NCBI RefSeq assembly: GCF_004010195.1
Contig: NC_057717.1
Location: 101,931,845-101,995,844, forward strand
Reading direction: 5' to 3'
Length of the DNA stretch: 64,000 nt
From: Chiloscyllium plagiosum
Lineage: Eukaryota
This document shows, in pieces, positions 12,087 to 25,728 of the stretch (the first letter of the stretch is position 1; every line of letters starts with the position of its first letter). The translations under genes were made by a program, and so were the position numbers. The notes beneath the pieces are model-generated. The model saw only the letters and a program-made list of their open reading frames with translations, was not told where the DNA came from and ran no database searches.

Positions 12087-12514
12087 TACTATAGCTGCCA
12101 TGCCAGGGATAGATTGCATAGTAATAAGTTAAAAGGGCAAGTTGCCACATTCCATTAGAGAGAGACAACTAGTGATAGTTTAATCTGAGGGTCACTGCGC
12201 CTCAGGTGAGGGGAGGGGTTGAGAAGCAAAGTCCTTCATGGTAACCTCAGCCAGTGAGAGAATTGAACCCACATTGTTGACATTATTTTGCATCATAAAC
12301 CAGACAACTGAGCTGTTTTGTTTTCCATGGTGATAAGAAGCTAAAAAAGAACAGATACAGTCCCTCTATGAATGTATCCATCTGTCTCTTCACTGACCTT
12401 AAGCCTGGGTGATCCACATGACAACGTCCTGCATTTATGTTGCACCTTTAAGTATATAAACATCTAACGAAATAATATAAAGCATATTTTGACACCAAGC
12501 TGCATAAGGAAATA

Positions 12515-12638
12515 GCCAGGGAACAGGAGAATCGACGTTTCGGGCATAAGCCCTCCCTGGATGCTGCCTGACCTGCTGCGCTTTTCCAGCAACACATTTT
12601 CAGCTCTGATCTCCAGCATCTGCAGACCTCACTTTCTC
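12515..12638. mobile_element. Family-1 inverted insertion
   Basis: 15-bp TSD ctgcataaggaaata at 12500-12514 and 12639-12653. Confidence 0.75.
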
Positions 12639-13135
12639 CTGCATAAGGAAATATTCTGGTCGATGACCAAAAGCATAGTTAAAGTGTTCGATTTTAAAGT
12701 GCATGTCTTAAGAGCAAAAGCAAGCTGGAGCTGTTTCGGGGTGGAATTCTAATGCTCGGGACCCTGACAGCAGAAGGCAGGGTGGCTGATAGTGAAATCA
12801 TGAAACTTAGAAAATTTTAAAAGGTCAGAATTGCAAAGGGTTGGAGAGTCAGAGACGATTACAGAAACAGGAAGGGGCGAGGCAATGACATAATTTTAGA
12901 ATCAAAAGGTTGCTTCCCTGGAAGCTCATGCCTATCTGGAAGCACATATGTACTGTAATTAAATGCATGTCTAAGTCAACTTAAAGAATTCCCGTGTACC
13001 TGAGCATAATGCTTGATTTACAGGTAATTAGGTTATTTGCCTAAATTATAGATCTTTCCCTTTTGGAAATTCTCTTCAGTCACATGCTATTACCCAACCT
13101 CAGGCTCTGACATGGGGTTATTTTCGGAGGATGTA

Positions 13136-13510
13136 CAGTAGCGCCTCGACTTACGAACTTAATCCGTTCCGGGACCCGGTTCGCGAACCGAAAAGTTTGT
13201 GAACTGAATCAATTTTTCCCATCGTTCGGATAGTGTAAGAATGCTTGGATGTAGCAACGAACACTGTTCACAGCGCACGCGCCAAAGACGAACTGAATAA
13301 GATCACGCGGGGCCCGAGAGCTTTTGTGTTCAACAAGTGCGTAGCAAAGCAGAACAATGAAACCACGTGGTCGCACACGGGCTTATTGCGTTTGTACCTT
13401 TGTTCGTACCTTGAATTTCATATGTATGTTGAAGCAAAATTTTACATACAATCCTGTTGGTAAACCAATTTGTTCGTGAATGGGGTCGTTCGTATGTCGA
13501 GGCGCTACTG
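13136..13510. mobile_element. Tc1/mariner (Tigger/pogo-like) MITE
   Basis: 23-bp TIRs CAGTAGCGCCTCGAC(T/A)TACGAAC (22/23 match), TA target duplication on both sides. Confidence 0.88.
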
Positions 13511-13744
13511 TACTTATATACATCTTGGAAACCATACACCGACACTCTTTTGTTTGAAGCAGGTAATCCTTTGATGTTAGAACACAGAAGAAGGTTGTGC
13601 AGTTCGGTTCTAAAAAAGAATCAGACTGAACTCGAAACATGAACTCTGTTTCTCTCTCCACGCATGCTGCCAGACCTGCTGAATTTCTCCAGCACTTTCT
13701 GTTTTCATTCAGCCCATCATGCTTGTGATAGTTCACTGACAAAG

Positions 13745-14530
13745 ATCAAAGAATAATACACCAAGAGGAGCAGGCTCTTCGGCCCTCTAGGCCTGCACCA
13801 ACACATTCTGCCCTTCCATACTAAAACTGTCTTCCCTTACAGGATCCATATCCCTCTATTCCCCTTCCCATTCCTGTATTTGTCCAGGCGCTTCTTGAAC
13901 ACTGCTATAGTCTCTGCTTCCACCACCTCCTCTGGCAGCGTGTTCCAGGCACTTACCACCCTTTGTGTGAAAAACCTGCCTCGCACATCTCTTTTAAACT
14001 ACCCCCTGCCCCTTGAACCTTGAACTTGAGTAATTGCCCTCTTCACCCTGGGAAAACGCCTCATATTTCCCACTCTGTCCATGCCATTCACAATCTTATA
14101 AACGTCTATCAGGCTGCCCCTCAACCTCCTTAGTTCCAGTAATAACAAACCCAGTCTATCCAACCTTTCTTCATAGCTAAAATTCCCCCATGCCAGGCAA
14201 CATCCTGGTAAACCTATTCTGTAACCGTTCCAAAGCATCCATATCCCTCTGCTAATCTGGAAACCAGAACAGTAGGTAACATTCCAAGTGTGGTCTAACT
14301 AAGGTTCTATAAAGATGCAGCATAATGAGCCTGTCCTTATACTCAATGTCCTTTCCAATGAAGGCAAGCAGGCCTTGTTTACTCCCTTATCTACCTGCGC
14401 TGCAACCTTCAGTGATCTGTGGACCTGCACACCCAGATCCCTCTGCATATCAATACTCCGAAGGGTTCTGCCATTCACTGTATAATTTCCATGTGTAAAT
14501 GACCTTGCAAAATGCATCACCTCACATTTA
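13745..14530 (-). mobile_element. CR1-type LINE 3' fragment
   Basis: KCEVMHFARS...QRDLGVQVHRSLKV and RLRGSLIDVYK motifs. Confidence 0.85.
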
Positions 14531-17130
14531 GAGTCAAAGAGTCCCACAGCACCGAGACAGGCCCTTTGGCCCAAACTGGTCCATGCCGACCAAAATATCC
14601 ATCCACGCTAACCCCATTTCCCTGCACTTGGCCCATATCCTTCTAAACATTTCCTATCCATGTATTTGTCTAACTGCCTTTTAAATGCTGTTAATGTACC
14701 GGCCTGAACCACTTCCGCTGACAGCTCATTCCATATGTGTACCACCCTCTATGTAAAAAAGTTGCCCCTCAGGTTCCCTTTTATTCTTTCCTCTCTAACC
14801 TTAAACTGATTCCCTCTAGTCCTTGATTCCCCAAACCTGGCAAAAAGACTGAGTGCATTCACCCTCTCCAGGCCTCTTGTGATCTTATACACTTCTATAA
14901 GATCCCCCCTCAGTTTCCTACACGCTAAAGGAAAATGTCCTAGTTTGACCAACCTCTCCCTATAACTCAGTCCTGGCAACAGCCTTGTAAATTTCTCCTG
15001 CACTCTTTCCAGTTTAATAGCATCCTTCCAATAGCAAGGTGACCAAAACTGAACACAATATTCCAAGTGCAGCCTCCCCAACGTCTTGTAGAACTGCAAC
15101 ATAACTTCCCAACTTCTATACTCAATGCCCTGACTGATGAAGGCCAGTGGGCCAAGAGCCTTCCTCACTCCCCTGTCTACCTGTGACTCCACTTTCAGAG
15201 AACCATGCACCTGAATATCAAGATCCCTCTGTTCCACTCCACTCGTTAAGGCCCTACCATTCACCATGAAACTCCTACCTTGATTTGACTTTACAAAATG
15301 CAAGACCTCACTCTTATCTATATTAAACTCCATTTGCCATTTCTCAGCCCACTTCCCCAGCTGATCAAGGTCCCTCTGCAATTTCTGATAACCTTCCTCA
15401 CTATCCATGATACTGCCTATTTATTGTCATCTGCAAACCTACTAATCATGCCTTGTACATTCTTATCCAAATCATTGATATAGATAATAAATAATAATGG
15501 GCCCAGCACCAACTCATGAGGCACTCCACTAGTCACAGGCCTCCAGTTTGACAAGCATCCTTCCACTATTACCCTCTGCTTCCTACCATCAAGCCAATTT
15601 TGAATCCAGTTTGCCAGCTCCCCCTGGATGCTAACTTTCCAGAGCAGCCTACCATGTGAAACCATATTAAAGGCCTTACTGAAATCCATATAGACTACCG
15701 CCCTGCCCTCGTCAACCTTCCTGGTCACTTCATCAAAGAACTCTCACCAATGTCTGAGCCATGATCTCTCACTAACAAAGCCATGCTGACTACTCCTAAT
15801 TAAACCCTGTCTTTCCAAATGCATGTATATCTTATCCCTCAGAATCTTCTCAATGAACTTACCTCCCACAGATGTTAAGTTTACTGGTCTACAGTTCCCA
15901 GGTTTTTCTTTGTAGTCCTTCTTGAATAAGGGCACAACACTTGCTACCCTCCAATCTTCCGGGACCTCACCCATGGCTAACGATGATGCAAAAATATAAG
16001 CCAGGGCCCCCATAATTTCTTCTCGAGCCTCTTTGCAGTGTTCTTGAGTATATTTGGTCAGGACCAGGAGATTTATCCGCCTTCATACATTCTAATACAC
16101 CCAACAGCACCTCTACTGTGATATAGACTGTTCCCAAGATATCACCACTAACTTCCCCAAGTTCCTAAGTCTTTATGTCTTTCTCCGCAGTGAACACAGA
16201 GGAGAAATATTCATTGAGAATCTTGCCCATCTCCTTAGGTTCAATACATACATGTCCACTTTAGCCCTTGAGGGGCCCTATTGTCTCTATAGTTATTTTT
16301 TTTCCTTTACTATACTTAAAGAATCTCTTTGGATTCACCCTCTTTTACTCAGCCAAGGCTATTTCGTGCCCCCTTTTCGCCCTCCTGATTTCCTTCTTCA
16401 GTAAACTCCTGTATCCCCTGTATACCTCCAGGGATTCCCTTGATCCCAGCTGCCTAAATCTGAGCCATACCTCCTTTTTTCTTGTCATCCAGCGTTCCCT
16501 ATTCCTGCCAACCTTGCCTTTCACCCTCACAGGAACGCGTAGACCTTGAATTCTCGCTATCTCACTTATAAAGGCCTCCTACTTGCCAGAGGCTCCTTTG
16601 CCTGTAAACCAAATACTCCAATCAACCCCCGCACGCTCCTGTCTAATTCCATCAAAATTTGTCTTGCCCCAATTTAGAACTTGAACGTGTAGACTAATTT
16701 TGTCCCTCTCCATAACTATTTATAAATTGACAGAGTTATGGTCACTAGTGCTCCCCCGCTGTCACCTGTCCCACCCTATTTCCCAAGAGTAGGTCGGGTT
16801 TTGCCCCTTCCCAAGTGGGACCCTCTATATACTGCTTGAGGGCACTTTCCTGAGTGCACTTAACAAATTCCACTCCATCTAAGCCCTCAACAGTTTGGCA
16901 GACCCAGTCTATGTTAGGAGACTATGACAATCCTATTGCTCCTGCAAGTCTCCCCAATCTCCCTACATATTTGTTCTTTGAATTCCCGTTGACTATTTGG
17001 GGGCCTATAGTACAACCTCAATAATATCACTATCCCCTTATTTCTTAGCTCTATCCACAAAGCCTCACTGAATGACTCTTCAGCTATTTCATCTCACTAA
17101 AACTCTTATCTATGACGCGCTCAGCATCTC
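14531..17130 (-). mobile_element. Long degenerate CR1-type LINE (endonuclease remnant, RT, 3' tail)
   Basis: ORFs with VPEDWRVASVVPLFKK, YMDFSKAF, GVP..VLGPLLF..YINDL, FADD; frameshifted. Confidence 0.9.
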
Positions 17131-17179
17131 GGATGATCCTGAGTACATCCAGCTCCAATTTCACCTCCCTAAACACAGT

Positions 17180-17562
17180 CTCCCGAACACATTTGTCCAG
17201 ATTAAGTTCCATTTGCTATTTTTCTGCCCATGCCCCCAACTGATCTATCTCTTGCAGTGCTATCTGACAGTCCTCCTCACTATCAGCAACTCCACCAATC
17301 TTTGTATTGTCCGCGAATTTACTAATTATACCAGCCCCACTTTCCTCCGAATCATTGATGTAGACCATTAGCAGCAGGGGTCCCAGCACTGATCCCTGTG
17401 GAATACCAATAGTCACAGTCCTCCATTCTGAAGATGCATTCCTCCACCGTTACCCTCTGTCTCCTATGACTAAGCCAGCTCTGTATCCAAATTACCAACT
17501 CACTCCTGATACCATGTGACTTCATCTTTTGTACCAGTCTGCCATGAGGAACCTTGACAAAG
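17180..17562 (-). mobile_element. CR1-type RT fragment
   Basis: GIPQGSVLGPLLLMVYINDSE...KFADNTK. Confidence 0.85.
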
Positions 17563-19171
17563 TTGTCAATTAGTCCTGTTTCTCCACTCTTTGGCACTAT
17601 TGCCTTGGAACTATTTTATTTTCTAAATATTATTCCAATTGCCTTTTTGAAAGTTACTGTGGAATCTTTTGTTAGACACTGCATTCCAGATCATAACCCG
17701 CTGAGTAAAAAAGATTTCACCTCACCTATCCCCCTTTATCTTTTGCTAGTTATTTCATGTCTGTTCTTTTAATCACCACTGGAAACAATTTCTCCCTACC
17801 TAATTTATTCAAAGCCAACATAATATTAAATGTTTTTAATAAATCCACCCTCAACCATTTTTCTGCTCCCAAGGAGCACAATCCCACCTTGTACAGTCTG
17901 TCAACATAAATTGCTGACAGATATTTTCCAGTCACCCTGTTAAAACCTTTTATTGTACACCTTTGGAGCAAGTGCAACTTGAACCTGGGTCTCCAGGAAG
18001 GGGCAGTACCACTTTGTCACAAGAGCCCTGTAGCTCGCTGGATATTTTCTAACCAACCCGTGTGTTATTGGAGCTCTGGAGCAGGTGAGACTTGAACCTG
18101 GGTCTCCTGGCCTAGAGCTATGTGTGTTGCCACTGTACCACAAGAACCCTGAAAATTGCTTATAGTTTGTAGCTGTTGATGTATAATGCCTGCAATCAGT
18201 AACAGCACAGGGCTGAAGTGTTCATGTTTTCTCCTCTGCACCGGACAAGTGACAGGGAAATGGTCATACTGATTTGCACGACTGCTCAATGCATTGCAAC
18301 TCTTGCATGCATTAAAACTGTCACAATATATTTCCACTAGTTTCTACGGAGCAAATTAAGCAATTGGTGGACACAGCTGGACTGGAAACGTGACAATTTC
18401 TCAAGGCTAAATGGTGCTCAATTTCGGGTGACCCAGTTATTTTGCACTCTGTTTTAATAGCTGAAAGCTATTTCTAGTTTGGATTTGTTGCAACAGAGAT
18501 CGCAGTGTTGAAAATAGTTTATGAGAATATGGAAATTTGGATGGCAATTAAGATAAAACAGAAATGAGTAACGTTGCAAACGCCTGCATTTTCAAAAGAA
18601 ACATTGCCTTAATTTGAACAAGGATGAGTGCACATTTTTAATTACAGATAAGATGGTGCTTATTCAGAGTTTCACCAAAAAGCAGGCACACTATTTACTT
18701 CCTATTATATGCACCAATGTAATTTTTTTCAACAAATGTGATTTTTAGCATATTTGTAGAAATTATTAGATAATATAAATGCATACGCAAGGACTAATAC
18801 AAAGGCAGCAATTTTAAATTATTGCGCAGGATAACAGCACATTACCTTTTAATTGAACGCAGTCTGACCATCAGCAACAGAGAACTAAACTCTGGTCAGA
18901 ATAGATCTGCTTACTGTAATCCCTAGCAACAGCTTCCCTCGGACACACGTAGGGGCTGTGCGTGTTCGGAGTTTTCATTAGTTTTTGTACCTCTTTTGTT
19001 TTTGTTGAATAACTTAAGCAATTATAAGTGTGATGTTGTCTGTCGAATGTAATTTTTAACCAGAACCTACCAAATGCAATTTGATTTATCTTGAACTGAA
19101 TATTAAACAAAAAGACTCCACATTTTCATTTGGTCAGTCAAGTGTGTATTTCTGCCTCAGATGGACATGGT

Positions 19172-19430
19172 AGAATCCCTACAACGTGGAAGGAGGCTAT
19201 TAGGCCAATCAAATCCACACAACTCTCTGAAGAGAATCCCACCTACTCTATCCCCCTGGCATTTCCCATGACTACTGTGGGCAATTTAGCACAGCCAATC
19301 CACCTAACCTGTGTGGAAACCCACACAGACACAGGAAGAATTTGCAAACTCCACACAGACAGTCACCCAAGGCTGGGATTGAGCCCAGGTCACTGACGCC
19401 GTGAGGCAGCAGTGTAAACCACTGAGCCGC
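19172..19430 (-). mobile_element. HE1-type SINE (degenerate)
   Basis: Match to other HE1 copies. Confidence 0.75.
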
Positions 19431-19578
19431 TGATCCATTGACGTTCAATCAGCTCATGGCTAATCTGATTGCATTGATGTCCCTGCCTAATGCCAACAGC
19501 CTTTCACACCCTTTGCTGATCAAGAGTCTCTCTTCCTTTGCCTTAAAAATATTCAAGGACTTTGCTTCCAATGCCTTT

Positions 19579-19762
19579 GTTACAAATGTCAGACGACACC
19601 AGGTGTCTGTGCATTGTTTGGAGCTCTGCTCCTTCATCTGGTGCTTGTGAGCTCATGAAGGAGCAGCGCTCCGAAAGCTAGCGTTTTCAAATAAAAAAGT
19701 TGGACTATAACCTGGTGTCATGTGATTTTTGACCTTGTCCAACCCAGTCCAACACTGACATC
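19579..19762. mobile_element. Family-2 inverted element with hammerhead-like motif
   Basis: atgaaggagcagcgctccgaaagctag at about 19655-19681; TSD tccaatgccttt at 19567-19578 and 19763-19774. Confidence 0.7.
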
Positions 19763-19974
19763 TCCAATGCCTTTCGAGGAAGTGTTTGCAAACCTTGTGA
19801 GAAAGTGTTCCCCTTATTTCTGCCTTCAATGGGCAATGCCTTATTTTGACCCCTCGTCCGAGGTTCATTCACAGGAGGAAACATCCTCTCTGCATCCACC
19901 CGGCCAAGACCTCTGAGGACTTTATGCTTGACTTAATTTGCCACTTACTCTCCTAATCTTGACCATATATAATT

Positions 19975-20315
19975 CTAGAGTGGGGTGCTAGAAAAACACA
20001 GCAGGTCAGGCAGCATCCAAGGAGCAGGAGAATCAACATTACAGGCAAGAGCCCTTCATCAAGAATGAGGCTTGTGTGACGAGGGGATGGAGAGATAAAT
20101 AGGAGGGGGCTGGGACTGGGGGGGGGAAGGTAGCTGAGAGCGCAATAGGTGGATGGAGGTGGGGTAATGCTGATAGGTCAGAGGGGAGGGTGGAGTGGAT
20201 AGGTGGGAAGGAAGACGGACAGGTAGGGCTGATGAAGGGCTTTTGCCCGAAACGTCGATTTTCCTGCTCCTCGGATGCTGCCTGAGCTGCTGTGCTTTAC
20301 CAGCACCACTCTGAT
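19975..20315. mobile_element. Family-1 inverted pair with G-rich spacer
   Basis: Inverted arms; intact core CTGATGA-A-GGGC-TTTT-GCCC-GAAA-CGTC at 20229-20256. Confidence 0.7.
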
Positions 20316-21444
20316 CATAAATTGAAGTTAGTAAGTTCTCTTTGCCTTGTGGATATCTTTTTCCCAGACCGAAATGAACTTGCGCTTTAAAAGGGAGTAA
20401 ATTTAACCAGCTTTCTTCCCAACCAAGAGGGAAAATTTTTAATTATTAAAAGTGAGAAGCATTAGCCTTCTACCTACACAAAAATTACAAATGAAACAAG
20501 TTCAAAGTTCTAAACGCTCAAAGAGCACAGACAGATAGATTTGCCTCTGTGTTGTTGACAAAGAATTAATCATTAAAGTTTGTTCTAATGGAGGTTACTG
20601 TTGGCAAAGAAGGTTTCATAATCCTTCATTTTGCAGATTGGTTGAGTTTTAATTCCTTCCGACTGCATTTGATTCCAGCAGTCAGGGTGAGAGAGTCCTT
20701 TTGTTGCCCTGTAGCCTGGTTTACAGCACTCGGAGTGATGGACAGTTAGTGTCTGTTAAACTGATTGAGGGGAGGAAATGAGTGGAACAGATGGTGAGGG
20801 TGTACAGAGCAAAACGCAAAAGGAGTGCTAATGAATAGTAAAGAAGGGATAGAGATGGAAACTAGATGCCAAATCACCAGCATTTTCCAGCTCCTTTCAG
20901 TTCTGAAGAAAAGTTATACTAGACACAAGACCAACTGTTTCTCTCGAGACATACTGCCAGCATTTTCTCTCTCTTTAATTTGGATTTCCGTCATCTGAAG
21001 TATTTTGTTTTTAATTTGAGCATCTGTTGTCAAGCTTGTTTCTTGTATTTTGTCCTGATGGGTGAAAGACAAAAAACTTCAACTTCATGTCCCCTTTTCG
21101 CGACACCGGTTCTATTTAACCAATTATTTATTGTTTATAAATTCCCTACAATGTGGAAACAGGCCATTCAACCCAACAAGTCCACGCTGACTCTCCAAAG
21201 AGCATCCCACCTATCCTATCCTGTAACCCTGCATTTCCAATGGCCAACCCACCTAATCTGCACGTCTTTGGACTGTAGAACAGCTGAAAGGCACATTCTT
21301 GATACTGTTTCTCTTGGTACGTCTTAATGTTAGCTCTTAATCTCCTGTGCACAAGGGAATACAAGCCCACCTTTAGACCAGGAAACATAGGAGCAGCAGT
21401 AGGCCTTTCAGCCCATCAAATCTACTTCATTATTCAATGAGATC

Positions 21445-21725
21445 ATGGCGGGTATACGTTTAGGGTGAGGAGGAAAGATATAAAAGGGACCTAAGGGGCA
21501 ACTTTTTCATGCAGAGGGTGGTGTGTGTATGGGATGAGCTACCAGAGGGAAGTGGTGGAGGCTGGTACAATTACAACATTTAAAAGGCATCTGGTTGGGT
21601 ATATGAATAGGGAGGGTTTAGAGGGATAGGGCCAAGTGCTGGCCAATGGGATTAGATTAGGTTGGGATATCTGGTTGGCATGGACGAGTTGTGTTTCTGT
21701 GGTGCACATCTCTATGACTCTATGA
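21445..21725 (+). mobile_element. CR1-type LINE 3' tail
   Basis: Same tail as 7830-8112 and 2054-2443. Confidence 0.8.
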
Positions 21726-21887
21726 ACTGAGAATTCTCAACTCCACTTTCTGCTTTATCCCCATAATCTTTGATTCCCATGTTGATTAAAAAAATCTATC
21801 TCAGCTGAATTGAATGTACTTAATAACCCAGCCTTGACTGCCCTCTGTGGTACAGAATGCCTCAGAGAGCAGGAATTGGTTAGAAGC

Positions 21888-22204
21888 ACAGAGTCCCTCA
21901 AGTGTGGAGACAGGCCCTTCAGCCCAGCAAGTCCACACTGACCCTCCGAAGGATATCCCACCCAGGCCCATTCCCCTATTACTCTATATTTAGCCCTGAC
22001 TAATGCACCTAACTCACATATGCCTGAACACTATGGGCAGTTTAGCATGGACAATCCATCCTAACCTGCACATCTCTGAATTATGGGAGGACACCCACGC
22101 AGACATGGGGAGAATGTGCAAGCTCCAAACAGACACTCGCCTAAGGCTGGAATCAGACACGGGTCCCTGGTACTCTGAGGCAATAGTGCTAACCTCTGAG
22201 CCAC
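21888..22204 (-). mobile_element. HE1-type SINE
   Basis: Match to other HE1 copies. Confidence 0.8.
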
Positions 22205-22616
22205 TCCATTTGTTGTCATTCTATTCCTTTTACTGGATGGCGCCTTTCTCTGAAGAAATTGATCTTTCCATTGGATCCTTTTAGCCTCAGGATTAGTTTG
22301 GTAAATCAGTGTTGTGCTTCCTCAGAAGCCTGCATGAACCTAAACACACAGCTGAAGGAGGTCATATCTGACTCAAAACATGAACTCTGTTTCTCTCCCC
22401 ACAGTCGCTGTCCGACTTGCTGGGCTCCTCTGGGCAGAAAGTGGAGTTAGTATTGTCCGATCAACAATGACCTGATTGAATGGCGGAGCTGTCTCGATGG
22501 GGTGAATGACCCACATCTGCACCTGTGCCTTAAGATCTAAAGGTAGGTGTGTTCCCTTGTGTTCAGGTGCTGCCCGACCTGCAAGGCCACTCAAGCAATT
22601 TCTGTTCTTAACTTAT

Positions 22617-22954
22617 GGGTGGCATGGTGGATCAGTGGTTAACACTGCTGCCTCACAGCGCTAGGGATCCGTGTTTGATTCCAGCCTCAGGCGACTGTCA
22701 GTGTGGAGTTTGCACATTCTCCCCGTATCAGTGTGGGTTTCCTCTGGGTGCTCTGGTTTCCTCCCACAATCCAAAGATGTGCAGGTCAGGAGAACTGGCC
22801 ATGCTAAATTACCCATAGTGTGTTAGGTGCATTAGTCAGTGGTATATATAGGGTAGGGGAATGGGTTTGGTGGGTTACTCTCTGGAGGGTTGGTGTGGAC
22901 TTGTTGGGCCGAAGGGCTTGTTGGACTGTTTCCACACTGTAGGGAATCTAATCC
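22617..22954 (+). mobile_element. HE1-type SINE
   Basis: Full head gggtggcatggtggatcagtggtt, central domain and tail. Confidence 0.85.
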
Positions 22955-23278
22955 AATAACTCAGATTACCAGTATCTACAATAGTTTGCTTTTATGTGAA
23001 AAATCTGATCAGTCTGAGTTGTCCTGTCCACTCTGGCCCACGCTTGCCAGCTGTTTGAGGAAGATAGTTTCACAATGCTGCAGGTATGTACATGAGGGAG
23101 TGCTTCCCAATAATCTTCCTGACAGTCTGGACTGGATCATTCTATGACTTTGGACAGAATTGGCCATTAGCAATTCAGCTTCGCCAAGGAATCAATGAAG
23201 CTGCTCTGGCCTTAGAAATCTCGATTGAAATATTAGGACCCTGAGAATTGGTCCTTTAAATGTAACTAATCGTAATCA

Positions 23279-23563
23279 TAGAATCCCTTCAGCCCACACT
23301 GAGCCTCCAAAAAGTAACCCACCCAGACCCATTACTCTACATTTACCCCTAACCTACACATCCCTGAATACAATGGGCAATTTAATATAGCCAAATCACC
23401 CAACCTGCACGTCTTCGGATTGTGGGAAGAAACCAGAGGAATCCCACACAGTCACAGGGAGAACTTGCAAAGTCCACACAGAGAGTCGCCCGAGGCTGAA
23501 ATCAAACCTGGATCCCTGGCGCTGTGAGGCAGCAGTGCTAACCACTGAGCCACTGTGCCGCCC
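23279..23563 (-). mobile_element. HE1-type SINE
   Basis: Match to other HE1 copies. Confidence 0.8.
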
Positions 23564-25500
23564 TGGTCTTCAATACCCGCAGATGCCCTTAAAGTGGGAT
23601 CTCTGTGCCAGGCAGCAATGGCAGTACCAGAATGTGTCCTTGTCACGCAATGAAACCCAACCCTTATAATTGTCGGATGTTCCGCGAATTTCATTTATGG
23701 TGTCTGTAAAGTGCCCCGGCTGTAAATTCCAGGGGTCATAAGATTTTTTATGTGTTGGGATATAGTGGGGATGTGGGGTGCTGTGGTATGTGAGTTGGAA
23801 AAATCATGAGCCAGAAGACACATCTCGCAAGCATAAGAATTTCATTGTCCCACAAAAAGCACTTATGTCAAATGTTACAAATGATCAGTCTATCGTTTAA
23901 ATAACATGACTAACAACAACATGTTTTCAGAATTTATTTGAAAGGCAAGTCTTATACAACATATATCAAGCAGTTACAACTACTTATCATTAGAATTTCT
24001 TCCATTTTCAAATGATTTTATTTCCCTGGAAGCTTATGAACATGAGGTGGGAGATAGAGTTAGTCATCCAGTTCCTCCGGGAGCTCAATTGCTGTGAGTA
24101 TTGAGAAATGGTTGTTATTTTCCTTTTAGTATTGTAAAGGTAAAGTCGCCTTAGTCTTACCAAACCATAGGGCTGCTCTCTCATTCGAGGGAAGGTGGAT
24201 GGTGGCGTTTCAACCTGAGGGTCACCACACTTCGGGGGAGTGGAGAGGTTGAGAATGAGAGTCCTTCATCGTGATCTCACTCAGTGTGGAAACTGAACCC
24301 AAGCTGTTGTTATCACTGGACATTGTACAGTACAATGGAACCTTATCGTCAATACTAATGTGTACCCAGCTGACAGGTAATTGATTGTCCTCATTACCTG
24401 CAGAGGCATTCAAGAGGATGTTGGATGAACATTTGGATAGAAATGGTGTTCAGAAATATGGGGAAAAGACTGGAGATTGGCACCAGGTAACAGAACCTGT
24501 GCAGGTACGATGGGTTGAATGGCCTCTACTGCAATGTAACAATTCCTGATTGACTCCTGAAACCTCCAACTTCTCCTTACCAGACTCCAGTATTTCCACA
24601 ACTAACCACTTCTGGTCAATGATCTTGTGCTGGTTGTTTGATTATATCTTCTAATGAGCGTGGACACTGTTTCTGCTACTGAATCAATCCCCGCTGAACT
24701 ATCTTTCAAGACACCCACTATTTCTGTCTTTTTAAAGCTCGTGTCCTTGATCTGATCAATGCTTCAGAGGCTAATAATAGGATTATAGGGGAGCATTTAC
24801 ATATTAGCTTTAGTACTCATCTCTGCGTTGGAACAGACATAAGACCCTGACCTGGCCATTGGTGGAATGCTTAGTCTAGATTGTAGGACTTGTTGGTTAA
24901 GGCTAGTACTTGTAAGAGTCACAAATTGAGTTACTATTGCTTGTAGCTAATTGAAAGTGTAGGTAATGTTCCAGTCCCGTGCAACTGAAGTGTATCTCTA
25001 GTGGATCTAAACTCTTCTCTTTGAGTTATAGTTTTATAATTAATTCTTGTAGAATAGTTCAGCCAACTGTGATAACAAATCACAGGAAAAAAATGAAAAT
25101 TAACAGTCGAATCAATGGATGTTTAGTGCTGTAATTGGATTGTTACAATAGCTAAGAAATGTAATTGTAAGTTTTAGAAAATGTGTATTAAAACGACATA
25201 TGTTAATTAAAGTCCTTCAGGTTTTGCAGAAAACTGTTTAATGTCATAATCCATGACCGAAGGATCATGGTCCAGGACAACTTGAACATAATTGTAATGT
25301 CTTGTCTATTTTTATTATTTTATTACTTTCATTATCTATAATTGTCTATCTTGTCTTCTCTGCATATGTTTGATTTTCAGATTGTTTGCAAAGCAAATTT
25401 TGTTGCTTTGAGTACTTTTCTGGTGGTTAGGTACCGAAAAGCAATGGATATTGCAAATAACATATTGGCGCTTAGAAAAGCCAATTCTTCATAATCCCAA

Positions 25501-25728
25501 TCAGTTTGGTGAAACAGCTCCACTGCAGAACCAGCTGCATGTTACAATTCTGAGGCAGCCTAAGCTTATTTTAAAGCAAGTTCCATGATTAAAAAGTAAG
25601 TTGTAAAACGTTCGGATCGACATATTTCCTGTGTCGTCAGCGTACTTCATTGCCGTCAGTGGTGTGTAAAGTATGTTGGTTTGGTAACGAAATACTGGCC
25701 GTTCCATTTTCATCACTTTGATCGTTGC
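25501..25728 (-). CDS. rdh8: Retinol dehydrogenase 8, exon 6 (terminal coding part)
   Basis: ATIKVMKMERPVFRYQTNILYTPLTAMKYADDTGNMSIRTFYNLLFNHGTCFKISLGCLRIVTCSWFCSGAVSPN*; 228 bp including TGA; total CDS 954 bp = 317 aa; Cys-rich tail ending VxPx as in photoreceptor RDH8. Confidence 0.9.
   Translation of the reverse strand, partial: ATIKVMKMERPVFRYQTNILYTPLTAMKYADDTGNMSIRTFYNLLFNHGTCFKISLGCLRIVTCSWFCSGAVSPN

Noticed and set aside
14749-16013. Long RT-like ORFs as host genes or active LINEs
   Set aside because: Frameshifted, truncated CR1 fragments.
25311-25324. AATAAA motifs as the rdh8 polyadenylation site
   Set aside because: Several AT-rich candidates exist (also near 23933-23938); cannot choose without transcript data.
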